Below the pieces are notes generated by a model. That model saw only the letters and a program-made list of their open reading frames with translations, had not been told where the DNA came from and made no database searches. The translations under genes were made by a program, and so were the position numbers. Of a stretch of 64,000 bases of DNA, positions 25,650-39,444 are shown piece after piece (the first letter of the stretch is position 1; each line of letters starts with the position of its first letter). Source of the stretch: Eledone cirrhosa (Eukaryota); the NCBI GenBank assembly GCA_964016885.1, contig OZ024740.1, positions 397,792,001-397,856,000 of the forward strand, given 5' to 3'.

Positions 25650-25724
<75 letters not shown>

Positions 25725-26231
25725 TACATTTAAATAAGTTTAAAAGCTCTACAACGCGTAGAAGATTAACGGTACCCCACCCTCACCCAATAATTATATT
25801 TTCCTCACCAAACTATCAAAACACACATCTATTTGTATATACGCTACAATTTATGTGCATTTTATGAGGAGACAGATGGGAGAGATAGATATAGATATAG
25901 AGAGGGGGAGAGTTTGGTGGTAATTGATATATATTTCTATTTATTTGCCACCAGGGCATCAAAGATTGGGACAAATACAAAGGTGGGGAGTTTACATACA
26001 TTTAAAAAGACGTGTAAAAAAACATATAACAAATTAAATTTAACAATCGATGTCCTCAATAGGGAGGGGCGTTGACATGGGTCGCACACACCCCCGAAAA
26101 ATGGTGCAACCCTCCTCTTCAGGAGCACAAAGAGCGGGTGCTTCCTTCCTCTTCTCATTCTTCTCCTCTCTCACCTACAGGCTGATATAGAGAGAAGGCC
26201 CATTCACTCGGGCCATTCTCGCTACTTTCAC

Positions 26232-29200
26232 TCATCTTTCATAAAACTTGCTGGGGTAGAGCACCTCTCTCTCCATTCTGATCCTTCTTCTAAAGTGGTA
26301 CTTGAAAAAAAATACCAGTTGTTGGCCGGAGAGATAGGTGTCTGACTTCAGCCCTTTAAACCTTGTCCACCATACAACTTCTTTCGCCATGGCTATCACA
26401 CAGAGGAAAACTGCCTCTCCTTCGTTTTTGAAAGGGGGAGGCGGTTTGATTGTGACAATGTTCTCGGTGGTCAACCGGATTGGTCCCACCCGCGACAGTA
26501 GTCGTTCTACATAGCCCCACAGGTCAGCAACGCCCGGGCAGTGTACGAATGCGTGTGCGACGGTTTTCTCGTCACGCACGCATCTTGGACAGATCTTCTT
26601 CGAGGGGTCCCTACCCGGGCGCCCGTGTCTGTAGAGCTTGTCCCGAACGGGTAGAGCTCCTCGGTAACATTGCCAAGCCAGGGACTTTTGGAAGTTGTCC
26701 ATCGGTCCCGGGCGAAACGTCCTACCAAACAGACTGGCCAGCTCGTCTTCCTCCATGCCCAGAGCCTCTCCGAGAGCGTCGTCGCACTTACTGCGCACCA
26801 ACCCTCTATAGAATGTTGAGGTTGAGTCTCCACTGATTGCCGGATCCGCTTGCCAGAGCGCCGTGAGCGCCTGGGCACATTCAATGTGCCAGTCGCCCAC
26901 TTTTCTCGGTCTTTGCTTGACCCAGGATTGCAACTCGGTGAGTGAGACGAGTCTCGGAAAGGCTCGCCTCACAAACAGGGCCCACACCGGCTGACCGGTG
27001 AGGAATACCTGGAGGTGCCGTAGCCTTAATGCGTGTCTACGCATCGTCAGCCACGGCATCCCCAGCCCTCCGTTCGAAGGGTGTTGACAGCAGATGGATC
27101 TTCTCACCAAAGGAGCCCGCTTCTTCCAAAGAAATCGGAAGAGCGCGCGCTCCATTTTGGCGAGTCTTTTCTCTGGGCAAAGCACGACGGTCAAGCGGTA
27201 GTAGATGACGGACGCTATATAAGTGTTCGCCACCTCCGCTCGACCTTTCAGGGATAGTTTGCACTCGGCCCACTTCTGGGCGAGTGCAAACACCTTGCCC
27301 GTTACCTCGTCCCAGTTTTTCTCCACCTGGAGGTCCGGTCCGAACCAGACCCGAGCAGCTTCACCGGTCCCTCCGTCCAGCGTCCGATGCCCCTCCACGT
27401 CCCGAGTTGCAAACCGACGGACTTGTCCCGGTTCAGCTTGGCTCCTGTGAACCTTTCATATTCCTCCAGTAAGGTGCCGATCTGTCCGATTTCCGAGGCG
27501 CACGACACCATTACTGTCACGTCATCGGCGTAGGCCGACACCGCTTTCCGCAATCCCGGTTCCAAGGGGATGCCCTGCAACAGCTCCAGCTTCCTCAGTA
27601 GTGGCTCGAGAGCCAGCACATACAGGAGGGAGGAGAGAGGGCATCCCTGTCGAATGGATCGCGTGATTTGGAACGGCTCCGAGAGGTAGCCGTTCACCTT
27701 GACCCTCGAGCAGGTGTTGCTGCTGTGCATTGCAGCAATCCAGCCTCTGAAAACGGGTCCGAAGCCTGCCGCCGCGAGCACCGAATCCAGGTACCGATGG
27801 TCAACCCTACCGAACGCTTTAGATTGATCCAAGTTGATCAGGGCCCCACCAAAGCCGGGTTCGTTCCCTACCCTCTCTACGATGTATCGCATGAGGTGGA
27901 GGTTGTCGTGTATGGACCTGGACGGGATTGCGCATGTCTGCGCTTCTCCCACCAGGTTCCCGACGACAAGCGCCAACCTCTTCGCTAACACCTTGGCCAA
28001 AATCTTTAACTCTGTGTTTAGCAGAGTTATGGGCCTGAAGTTATCTATGTCATCCCCTTTGTTCTCGTCCTTCCTCACCAGCGTGACTACGCCCTTGGTC
28101 ACAGAACTGGGAATTCTCCCGTTCTGTTGCCAGTTGCAGTAGACCGCCTCGAGGAGACCGGAGTACAAGCCCGCCATCGCTACATAAAGTTCGTATGGTA
28201 GACCATCGAGACCCGGAGATTTGCGTTTGCCGCATTGGCTCAGCGCTTCCCCTATTTCAGCGGCTGAAATCGGCCTCTCGCAGGACTTCGCCTCCCCGTC
28301 CGAGAGCCGCGCCAGACCGTCGAGGTATGGACCGAAATCCATGGCCCCACCCGGCCCGCCGCCCCTCCCGAACAGTCGTGCAAATCGCCGTTGAAAGGCC
28401 GCGCTCATCCGCTCAGGTTCAAGGATCACGCGTCCATCCTGGTCCTTCAAAGACCGAATCGTGGACTTGTTTCCACTTTTTGCCTCTGTCACTCGGGCCC
28501 AGCTAACAGCTTTGGCTCCCTCGTTACCCAGAGCACGTATTTTACTCCTGACAACGCAGCCCTCGTGCTTCGCATCAAAGAACTGGTCTAGGGCCGTTCT
28601 TGACGCCAGCAAGCCGGCCACGTTGCCACTCCTAATCGCCTCTTCTACTCTATTTGTTAATTCCCTTTCAGTTCTATTCCTATCTGATGCTAATTCCCGA
28701 CTAAAACCTATCGATTCTATTCTAATTTCTCTCTTGAGAGAGCCCCACCACCTGTTGTTGACAATTGCCCCCGTCAAACGCTGCTTAACTAGTGTGCTAA
28801 TCCGCTTACTGTAAGCTTTGTTTGTCGGTAAAGACAAGTTTAGCTTCCAGTAACCGGGTCCCTGTCTATGAGTTCTATCAAGGTTGACCACTCCGGTCAC
28901 CAACTTGTGATCCGAATAGTCAACCATGAACATTCGTGGACAGCTTAATATGTCCCTATCCTTATTTCTAACTAGGAACCTATCTAGGTACGACCTAGAT
29001 GTTCCGCTGCGATTACTCCACCTCCACCGTGGCACAGTCGGAAAATCTAGTCGATATCTATCGGCCAGATCAAATCGGCCGATTAATCGTTTGAGGCTGT
29101 TACACCCCCCCCTCTATCGGGACATGCCCCTACATAGTTCCAACGTGCATCCAGGATACCATTCCAGTCCCCCACCAAAAGCAAGGAGCGAGACGTTCCC

Positions 29201-29589
29201 AGGAAATTCTCCAGGCGTCGGAAGAAGTCCGGTCGCGGTGTCCCAGATGGGGCATACGCTGCCACCAGCCTGAAAGCTCCACCTTCACCACTGCCGACGT
29301 CTAAAACCACCAGTCGACCCTCCGGGTCCAGGTGTACCTTCTGTGTGGCAAGACCCAGGTATTTTCGCAGCAGAACGACAACCCCACCCCCACCCCTCGG
29401 CTGACAGAGAGATACGTAGATCTCAAAGTCGTCGAAGATGGGGGCCAGTTGGCGCTCGCTGCTGATCCTGGACTCGCAAATAACCATTACATCCACTCTG
29501 TGCGACCCGAGGTCATTTAAGAGTTTGCCCTGTTTCCAGGACATCCCCAAGCCGCGTGCATTCACACATCCAACTCTTATATTGGCCAT
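26232..29589 (-). pseudogene. Tx1 ORF2: APE endonuclease, reverse transcriptase, C-terminal zinc finger (two frameshifts)
   Basis: NARG, YAP, GDWN, YLDRF, SDHK; KSPGLDG, FRPITLLN, DQSKAF, RQGCPLS, YADD; CPRC..HAFVHC. Confidence 0.92.
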
Positions 29590-29631
29590 GTTGGTGCTGA
29601 AGAGGTAAAAAGGAAGAGGAAAGGAAATTAC

Positions 29632-31375
29632 TTACCTCTTCGTCTCCTGGGGGCCAGGCTGCACAATTTCCATGGGGGTGTTGGAAGGGTTGTTTGGTGG
29701 GGTGGTGGTTTGTGGTGGGGTGAGGACATCAGTGTGTGGTGGGATTAGGGTGTTTGGTGGGGTGTGGGTGTCTGGTGTGGGGGTGGGGAAACATCTCAAT
29801 AGGACGCTGTTATGTGGTTTGGTGCAGTTGGTCCCCACATGCATTGGATGGTTCTTTTTCAAAGTTACATAGGTTTCCGTTGGGACCCTAATCATCATTA
29901 GGTGCGGTTTGTTCGCTGCGTAGGTGAAAGTGATCCCTTCGGTTTCCACCGAAGGGTTATTTTCTATCGCTTTCATCAACGTTTTATTGTTCTTGTTAAT
30001 GTATGTATAGAGTTTTTGTTGTGTTGTGTTTGTTTTTGTTTGTTGTTCTTGCGGGTGTTTGCGTTTTATAGTACGTGTTATGTTTTGGGGAGGGGTGGTT
30101 TTTTTTATTTGTGATGTTTGTTCTGTTTGTGCTGGTGGCTGTGTGTTTGTGGCATTTTTGTTGATGTGGTGCCTTTTTTTTCCTTTTCACCTGTTGAAAG
30201 GGTTCTCCCTCGTCGTCACTGGGTGACGTTGATACGGAGTCCTCTTCCGTGTTGTTGGGGAGGGGTATATTTTGGGGTTTTGTTGTGGTTGCTTTTGTAT
30301 TTGTTTTAGGTGGGGAGGGGTTGGGTGGAACAGTGTTTTGTGTTGTTATTTTTCCGTGTTGTTGTGGTTGTTGTTGTTGTTGTTGTGGTGGTTGTGTTGT
30401 TGTGTTCGGGGTTGGCAGAAGAGCCTTTTTTTGTTTGACTCGTTAATTGAGGACAGGCAGCCCTCAGGTGACCCCTGCTTAAGCAGTGGTAACATGACGG
30501 CCGCCTTCCCTCCACTGAAATGTTTATATAAGTTAGCCCGTCCAGAGGCACGCGTTGTGGGATATTCGCTATTCGTTCTGTGCTCATTTGCACCAGAACT
30601 TCTACGGTGGTCCCACCAAATACACCTCCGGCGGACTTTCCTATTGAAATTATCTTGTCTTCGTCAAAGTTAATTATTCCACATAGTATCCACCAAATAT
30701 TTACATTTGGTGTGATACTCATTATTTTTATTCTTTGTGTCCTTTTTCCCCTGTATGTGGGGTAAAAGGTGAAGCGGGGGGACACAATGGGTGCTACCGA
30801 GTACTTTTGAGCTGTTGACTGGTTGTTCATTAGCACCGAAATGCTACCAAACAGTTTACCTTTTTTTATGAAGGTTAAGTCCTTCATTGCATCTTTTAGA
30901 ACCAGCTCAATTTTATTTTGTGATAATTGAGCTGGTTTTCTTGTTTCGTTCGATATTGTCCTGAAAACCACAGTTTTCAGGACAGCTTCTCTACGTAATT
31001 CCTGTGGAGAATTGATGCTAAAGCACCGTTTTCGCCAAAAGTCACGAATTGTTTTGCGTCTTGTAATAGTTGTTTAGCATTTGTCATGTCTATTGGCGTG
31101 TATAGTTCGTTTTTTTTTACGGTCTGTGCGAATGTTGTTTTGGTGTTGTCTTTTTTGTTACTGTCACTGTTGATAATATTGGTGTTGCTATTGTTGCAGT
31201 TGTTGGTTGTGGTGTTGTTGTCATTGTTCTTGTTGTTGGTGCTGGTATTATTTACCGGGTTTGGTTTCGTGGTTTCGATATTTTTCACGTTTTTCGATGA
31301 TGCGAGGGGGGACGGCTGCAAGCTTTGTACTTCTACCTTCCCTCCACCACTTTTCTTAGTGGGCGTGGCACTCAC
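29632..31375 (-). pseudogene. Tx1 ORF1 gag-like protein with CCHC zinc knuckle, broken
   Basis: CX2CX4HX4C in ORF 30306-30971; TFAQTVK motif in ORF 30977-31375; low-complexity linkers; lies directly upstream of ORF2. Confidence 0.75.
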
Positions 31376-31742
31376 GACAGTCTACGAGGTGGAAATGGCA
31401 TCCATTGCCACCAAGTCTACAGTTTTTAGATAAAAATTGAAAATTCCGCCCCAGAAAGGGGCGAAAATTAGTTGACTCAACGTCTGACGGCCCAGGCAAG
31501 GGGTTAAACTAAACAATGTTATTAAATTGAGCAATAAACTCACAGTTTTTTTGACAACAATCCGTAAAAATCCGGAGCAAAGTAAATCACGTCTATATCA
31601 AGTGTTAATTGATATAGAAAGTGGGATTGGAAGAGAGTAACGTGTAGTAGATATAGAGAGGGGATTAGAAGAGAGTTCCGTGTAGTAGGTCTTGAGAGGG
31701 GAGTTTTGTGTGATAGACATAGAGAGTCGGAGACTTTGGTGG

Positions 31743-31998
31743 ACTGTCGTGTTCCAAATAATAGGAGGGGTGGGAATGAGGGGGAGTGGCTTGAGAAATC
31801 AGTAATTGTATAGAGTACGTTCGTAAAGATAGGATTTCTTGTAAGGTTTTTTTTTTGTCGTATATAATATTGTTTTAATGTAAAATAAAATCTGGTGTAT
31901 CAATATGAATCATTTACAATAACATTTCGCCGGAGATAGATTAGCAAAATTTAATAAGCGGGATGGGGGGGGGGGGGATAATTCAAGACCTGAGGGTA
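31743..31998. mobile_element. Non-autonomous DNA transposon-like repeat (uninterrupted homologue of 14926-15754)
   Basis: Colinear sequence similarity. Confidence 0.7.
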
Positions 31999-32432
31999 CG
32001 TGAATTATTGACGGACGTAAGAATGAAAACTCAATACCGAAGTAGAGTTTAGATATTCATTTATTATGGCTAAGTGATGAGCCTCACAGGATCATTAGAC
32101 AAGACTGGTTATCCCGTGAGTGCACAGGTGAAGCTTTAGAGTAACAAAGCTCAGCAATAGCCATAGTAAATGAATGTGTTTAAATAATATATATATATAT
32201 ATATATTAGAAAGTGAGGTTTTTTTTACAAAATGAAAAATAACCGAGGTGTCCTACACGAGTGAAAGTATGAAGAAAAAAAAGATGAAATCGAAAATGCA
32301 ACTGGAGTCTTATTTAAAAAAAAGATATATATTTATTTGGTTCCTTTACCGGTTTCGCAGTTCTTCTGCTTTTCAAAAGTAGAGTTGAGATGGAGGGTCT
32401 GTGGTTTTTCTATATATATATATATACAGTAC

Positions 32433-32494
<62 letters not shown>

Positions 32495-32779
32495 TTCGAG
32501 AGTAACCAATCTTAAAGAAAGAGATGGAGATAGAAGAGGAGAGATTGGTGAATTAGTTAGAAGCCAAAGCGTAAAGGCATGTGCTCAATGTGCAATATGC
32601 AGTAGAAAGCAGCTAGGTGGCTGAGTTCATGCAGAAGTTAGGCGCGCAGAGCTGGAAATATTCATTAGTTAAGCAAAACAAGACCACACATTTCACAAGG
32701 AAGACATTATTAAAAGATTGTCAACATATTTTAGTTTGATGTAAGTAATGTAGAGAATAATAATAATAATATTAATAAT

Positions 32780-33163
32780 AATTGTTTCTACTTTGGGCAC
32801 AAGGCCAGCAATTACCCAGTGCATTATTGGTAATTTATTTTATCGACCCCGTAAGGATGAAAGCAAAGTCAACCTTGGCGGGATTTGAACTCAGATCGTA
32901 AAGGGACGTAACTATGCTGGAAAGCATGGCGTCCGACCCTCTACCGATACTGCCAATCCACCGCCTTAATAATATTTGTTTCTACTTTTTGGCACAAGGC
33001 CAGCAATTATCCCAGTGTATTACTGGTACTTTATTTTATCGACCCCGTAAGGATGCAAGGCAAAGTTAACCTCGGCGGGATTTGAACTCAGTTCGTAAAG
33101 GGACGTAACTGAGCTACAAAGCATGGCGTCCGACCCTCTACCGATACTGCCAATCCACCGCCC
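32780..33163 (-). mobile_element. Two tandem SINE family A copies inserted in the Penelope left arm
   Basis: Absent from the right arm, where only (ATT)n is present at about 37144-37172. Confidence 0.9.
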
Positions 33164-33180
33164 TAATAATAATAATGTCC

Positions 33181-33299
33181 GTTTACAATTGTTTCGCTAC
33201 TCCATATAATATTTCTGGATCAAATGACTATATATCATTATTGATCTGGTTCAGTTGAAAATAATTAACATTTTTCAAAACAGAGCGGCTCATCGGAAC
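33181..33299 (-). ncRNA. Type I hammerhead variant (CCGAUGA core, long stem II)
   Basis: Reverse complement of 37021-37139. Confidence 0.6.
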
Positions 33300-36200
33300 T
33301 TCAAAGGAATATAAATTAAAATAAGGAGAGAATGTTACATAATGTAATGTTCCATATATTGGTATTTCACTATGGTGTCCTGAGTGTATCAATTGTCAGC
33401 CATAATCAAGCAGTATTCATCTGTCGAGGCTGCATTGTGTGAGATCTGCCTATGGGTAACAAGGTAGCCGCCAATGGACAAATTTACCTTACTAATTAGA
33501 GGGTGGTTTCAGGGGAAGTAACTCCTCGAGGGATTAGAAATTGTGGGTAGTTTATAGTTAAGTGCTAATTTTTAAATTTTTAATTGAGAGACAATGTAGG
33601 GGAGGTAACTTATAATTATCTAAGTTAGTTATAGCTATTTAACTTATTAGCTACAAGTAAAAATGGGGCTAGATGACTATGTTGGATCAAATATTCGGTT
33701 GGCGAAGGAATTAGCCCTTCGATGTTGACAGCTAATAGTTACCTCTGTTCTATCGTTATTCGGTAGAGGTCGTGATAGAGTTATGTAATATGCTTCGGTA
33801 ATACAGAGATCACAAGATTTTCTTCGTCCATTGAACGGTTGGGACCTAGCTGAGATATCCTATGTTAGTGAGAGTTCAATGTTGGTTAATTTAAGGTTTT
33901 TAATGAGCCTAGCTAGAGATGTCGAACATCTGTTGTTAGGGTCTCGGAAGGAAAAAGAGTGCGCGTTATAGCGTACCTTAAAAGGGTTAGAGGTAGACCC
34001 GATATAGGAGCTGGTATTAGAAGCAGTTTTAACCGTGCACCTATAGACTATGTTGGGTGTCAGGCAGTGTCCATTTAGTGGGCATGCATTAGGGTAACGG
34101 CAGATGCAGTTGCTTCTGCGGTTAGTGAGAGTAGGGTAGTTTAACCTAAGTTTAACCTAAGCGGTCAGTGTTAGAAGGATTAGATGGGGGAGGTGTGCTA
34201 CTAGAGTAAGTATTGGTGTAGTGGCGTGGTGTATTTGACAGGGGTGGTAATACCGCGGTGTGGGAGTTATACTGTCTTAGTTTATGATGGTTACTGAATG
34301 CGATGTGGCTAGCTAGCTTAGGTGTTGTGGAGAATGAGATTTTAATGTTATTTTTATTAAAGAGTTTGTAATATCTATGGTTGGGGGGCGGGGGATGTTT
34401 AGATAGGATAGAGAAGATGCGTTTAGGGATATTAGTGACTAGATTATATGAGAATGGGGGGTTAAGCCAGGTGATATTTCTAGGCCTATTCCTTCTAGGG
34501 GTTCTAGTGGAGTTGGTAGGGGCCTTCCTAGGGTTATTATTACCTGGGGATTTGTTATTTGTCATCCCATTTCTCATTCCTATTCTAGGGTTGATTTTTA
34601 GTTTGCCACTATTAAAGTTCCCTGTATAGGTGCTGTAACTGCTAAAATTCCGGCGAATCTGGCTATATGCTAAGGTATTTTTAGTTCTAGTGTTAAGTTT
34701 ATTATGGTGAATTGCTGTGTTATGGCATTTAGGTATGTAGTAAATGGATTGTTCATAACCAGATTCAGAAAGAGCCTTATTATAATATGGTGCATGGTTT
34801 ATAAATATCTCCTCATTTGCTGATAGCATGGAGATCCTATACGAGATAGATTTGATTACTACTCTGATGTCTGCCGGTGGGTGGTTAGAGTGTAGGCTAA
34901 TATATGTGAGTATTTCACCTGTTTATGGTAAGGGTAATATAGGTTATTGTTAAGATCCAGGGTGACGTCTAGGAAGTTTACTACTTAATGGTTCGGCTCG
35001 ATGGTGATAGAGAGACCGTTATTTTTAAAGAATCTATGTAATTGTTTTTTGAGCAAATCAATGCCCCGATTAGTGCAATTGTGGACTACAAATAGGGCGT
35101 CGTCCCTGTATATTCCGCCTTGCAAGGGTTGGATTTCGTCTCTGATGTTATGTAATAGGTAAATTCCAACTAAATTGCTGATTTGCGCAGAGTCACTTGA
35201 GCCCATCGTGATGTCAAAGTTGTCTGTTCTGTCTTTTCTAGTCCAGAGTGTTCCGTTGAATTCAATGATGGTCTGCCTAGCCATAAGTATGATGTCAATC
35301 TCATTATTGGTTATGTCCGAGTTGGTGCTGGCTAGGGTTAGTGCTTTGTTGAGCAGTTCCGGGGTTATTGAAGCGTAATAGCTGTCGATGTCAAATTGGA
35401 TGAACCTCATAGATTGCTTGGACCATAGATCGGAGAACCATCTAATGACTTGGCCGGTGTTGGACCACAACTTGTAGGTGATATCATCCCGTAGTCCAGG
35501 GATGATCCTATCAAGGATGTTCTTACTGATACGACCCAGGTCGGATGTGGTTGGGCTTATAAGTCTAATAGATGGGTTCTCTATAAAGTTTGGCTTATGA
35601 TACTTGAGAGAGAACCTTTGGGTTGTTGGTACATAAGGGTGGGTAAATCTATCCAGATGCAAGTCCTTAACCAAAGCCTGCGCTTTTCGGTTAAGTACGT
35701 TTACACTGGAGGGTATAGTTTTTTTTATAGTTTTTATTAAGTTCCTTAAGAATGAATGAGTTGTAAGTTTCAGGAGTCATGGTGTATAGATTTTTAGTTT
35801 TGTCAGACATAACATGTAAGAGGTGGCTATCTTTAAATTTGTTTATAGTTGTTGCTAATTTAGTGAGGAGATTATTCTTGTGTCTATAATGCTTTTTGAA
35901 TTTAATGCTCCTGACGAAGTTGAATAGATCTTTCTCAAAAGGGTCCAGCAGGATGTTAGAAATACCTTAGCATATAGCCAGATTCGCCGGAATTTTAGCA
36001 GTTACAGCACCTATACAGGGAACTTTAATGGTGGCAGCGGCCTGCTCCCCACTCCAAGTAGCAAGCTAAAAATCAACCCTAGAATAGGAATGAGAAATGG
36101 GATGACAAATAACAAATCCCCAGGTAATAATAACCCTAAGAAGGCCCCTACCAACCCCACTAGAACCCCTAGAATAAATAGGCCTAGAAATATCACCTGG

Positions 36201-37020
36201 CTTAACCCCCCATTCTCATCTAATCTAGCCACTAATATCCCTAAACGCTTCTTCTCTATCCTATCTTAACATCCCCCGCCCCCAACCATAGATATTACAA
36301 ACTCTTTAATAAAAATAACATTAAAATCTCATTCTCCACAACACCTAACCTAGCTAGCCACATCGCATTCAGTAACCATCATAAACTAAGACAGTATAAC
36401 TCCCACACCGCGGTACCACCACCCCTGTCAAATACACCACGCCACTACACAAATACTTACTCTAGTAGCACACCTCCCCCATCTAATCCTTCTAACACTG
36501 ACCGCTTATATCTCTGTATTACCGAAGCATATTACATAACTCTATCACGACCTCTACCGAATAACGATAGAACGGAGGTAACTATTAGCTGTCAACATCG
36601 AAGAGCTAATTCCTTCGCCAACCGAATATTTGATCCAACATAGTCATCTAGCCCCATTTTTACTTGTAGCTAATAAGTTAAATAGCTATAACTAACTTAG
36701 ATAATTATAAGTTACCTCCCCTACATTGTCTCTCAATTAAAAATTTAAAAATTAGCACTTAACTATAAACTACCCACAATTTCTAATCCCTCGAGGAGTT
36801 ACTTCCCCTGAAACCACCCTCTAATTAGTAAGGTAAATATGTCCATTGGCGGCTACCTTGTTACCCATAGGCAGATCTCACACAATGCAGCCTCGACAGA
36901 AGAATACTGCTTGATTATGGCTGACAATTGATACACTCAGGACACCATAGTGAAATACCAATATATGGAACATTACATTATGTAACATTCTCTCCCTATT
37001 TTAATTCATATTCCTTTGAA

Positions 37021-37139
37021 GTTCCGATGAGCCGCTCTGTTTTTAAATATGTTAATTATTTTCAACTGAACCAGATCAATAATGATATATAGTCATTTGA
37101 TCCAGAAATATTATATGGAGTAGCGAAACAATTGTAAAC
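37021..37139 (+). ncRNA. Type I hammerhead variant (CCGAUGA core, long stem II)
   Basis: GUU CCGAUGA GCCGCUCUG...UGGAGUAGC GAAA CAAUUG UA AAC. Confidence 0.62.
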
Positions 37140-37264
37140 GGACATTATTATTATTAATATTATTATTATTATTCTCTACATTCCTTACATCAAACTAAAA
37201 TTTGTTGACAATCTTTTAATAATGTCTTCCTTGTGAAATGTGTGGTCTTGTTTTGCTTAACTAA

Positions 37265-37308
<44 letters not shown>

Positions 37309-38751
37309 TATAGTGAACGAATGAAGAGTAACATGGGTTGGCTGTATATCATATATTCACGACGCAGAGTACTCACAACCTCTAACTGGATTACCTATAA
37401 CGATAACTTTCTAAGATTTCTGACTATAAAATTTATAAGGATTTATATTATAGTATAATATCATATTTAAAGTGTTTGCAAACATGAGAAAGAAAAGACT
37501 TAAGATTTTCATCAACCCGAAGGTAATCCAAATTAAATTATATTAAAAAATTATCATTATATAATTTAGAAAATAATTACAATTATAAAGTTAAAATTAG
37601 AAATCTACTAGAATTCTTCAATATCACCTAACTGTAATCTTTGTACTATGAAGACCCTATTAATAATTAATAATTATGATAACTTAATTAACAAAAAAAG
37701 TGAATTATTCTCAAATTGCTTACATAAAGCTACATCTACATTCCAAGCCTCACAAAAAGTCAGGAAAAAACATTGAATAAATAAGTTTTGATTTTGACAT
37801 TTATTATCAACTGAGTTCGTAAAACGATACTATAACAGATTATAAAACCTTCTAATAATTTTTATTATTTACGATATGATTAATGTTAGATTAAGGGTTC
37901 TACATAAACATATAAATTGTTAACATGATCTTTTGATGAGTATGCATATCATTTGATTGTTTAAATACATTTAATTTTCGTTTTTTTTTTTGTATTTTTA
38001 AATTATATAGCTTATATATTTGACACTTATATGGACTCGTAAACCATTCATTTATTTATTTTGAATCTGTGTTTTATGATTCAAGAAGTTTGATTTGTAT
38101 ATTTATAGTATATATCCTAGTTGACTAATTTTTTCCACTTAACTTGATGTAAAACTTTATTTATAACACTATTAACAGTAATTATATTTATTTGTCAGGG
38201 TTGAACAAATGAGCAACGATGGTTGCTAGACACTGTACGGCTTAATTCGGGATGTTTGTTTACAAACACACCGAGCATTATAATAAATGTTCGGTGAATC
38301 CATACGTACATATATATATGTGTGCATGTATGTATATATATATATACATATTACTGTACGTCTGTATACATATATGTATGTACGTATACATACTTATATA
38401 TTTATTATATTATATATAACTGACTAATATTGTCTTAAACTTTAAACAGTATACTCTTTATATAAATTTAGACAAATGCATATATCTAGTTTAATAATAT
38501 CCTTTTTAAGTACATTTATATGGCTTTTGGATACTTAAGGGCATTCTAATTTTAACTTTATAATTGTAATTATTTTCTAAATTATATAATGATTATTTTT
38601 TAATATAATTTTTTAATATAATTTAATTTGGATTACCTTCGGGTTGATGAAAATCTTAAGTCTTTTCTTTCTCATGTTTGCAAACACTTTAAATATGATA
38701 TTATACTATAATATAAATCCTTATAAATTTTATAGTCAGAAATCTTATGCC

Positions 38752-38956
38752 ATTTGATTAATTCACTATTTCTAACTAATATAAGGATTCGAAATTTAAC
38801 GGTCATCCGGATGCGCTGGGATATATATATTTGATTAATTGACTATTTCTAATTAACTTAAGGATTCGAAAATAAACCGTGATATAACTACACCCAGATA
38901 TATGTTTGATGTTTTGATTAATTGACTATTTCTAACTAATTTAAGGATTCGAAATT
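38752..38956. repeat. Three tandem copies of an approximately 78-83 nt unit
   Basis: ttgattaatt(g/c)actatttctaa..aaggattcgaaa occurs three times. Confidence 0.85.
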
Positions 38957-39444
38957 AATCATTCCCCAAGCTATGCCCAAATATATATTTATATATATAT
39001 ATATTTACCTCATCTAATTATACGCTGTTTATCCATGACAATACAAGTCTCCCTCCCTGTGTTTATACTATAAAACTTATTTTTTCTCCTCTTCTCTCTA
39101 TCCTTAATCAATTTTCTTTTGCTTTCGTGCATAAGATAATTCTATACTTCTAGTCATTCTCTCTTTCCTCATCTGTTTCTCTCTCCGTCTTCCTGATGTG
39201 TTATCCATATATTACTTTATTTAAATTATTTAAATTTTTAACAGTTATGTAGGTTTATATTATATTAGTAGTTATTTATTATTATGTATCTTTATAAGCT
39301 TTCTCACGCGCACCCTCTGTATTATATGTAATTTTTTCATGTCTCAATCTTAAAGTATATAAATATTGAGTTTTGTCATAACTAATTCACTGCCATGACT
39401 GAATTTTAACCATCAACATAGTCAAGGTATGTCAAGCATCAACT

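Larger units (their letters stand above)
25107..25653. repeat. Inverted repeat, about 200 bp arms (25107-25310 / 25457-25653), between (TA)n tracts
   Basis: Arms are reverse complements with a few substitutions and one short indel. Confidence 0.9.
25730..31593 (-). mobile_element. Near full-length Tx1/L1-group LINE (ORF1 + ORF2), frameshifted
   Basis: ORF1 pieces 31375-29632 include the CYHCLSRGHLRAAC knuckle. ORF2 pieces 29589-26232 carry APE, RT and zf-RVT motifs. Confidence 0.92.
32658..37268 (-). mobile_element. Penelope-like element (RT + GIY-YIG) with an inverted copy of its 3' part
   Basis: RT 34985-35674 has IRLIS, FDIDSYY, TMGS and IYRDD. GIY-YIG at about 33900-34110 reads CICRYPNACPLNGHCLTPNIVYRCTVK..YIGST. 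35960-37268 is the reverse complement of about 34680-32660. Confidence 0.9.

Noticed and set aside
38752-38956. Conserved 40-mer with variable intervening sequence (CRISPR-like)
   Set aside because: Only three copies, the spacers are partly related, and it lies in a decayed AT-rich retroelement
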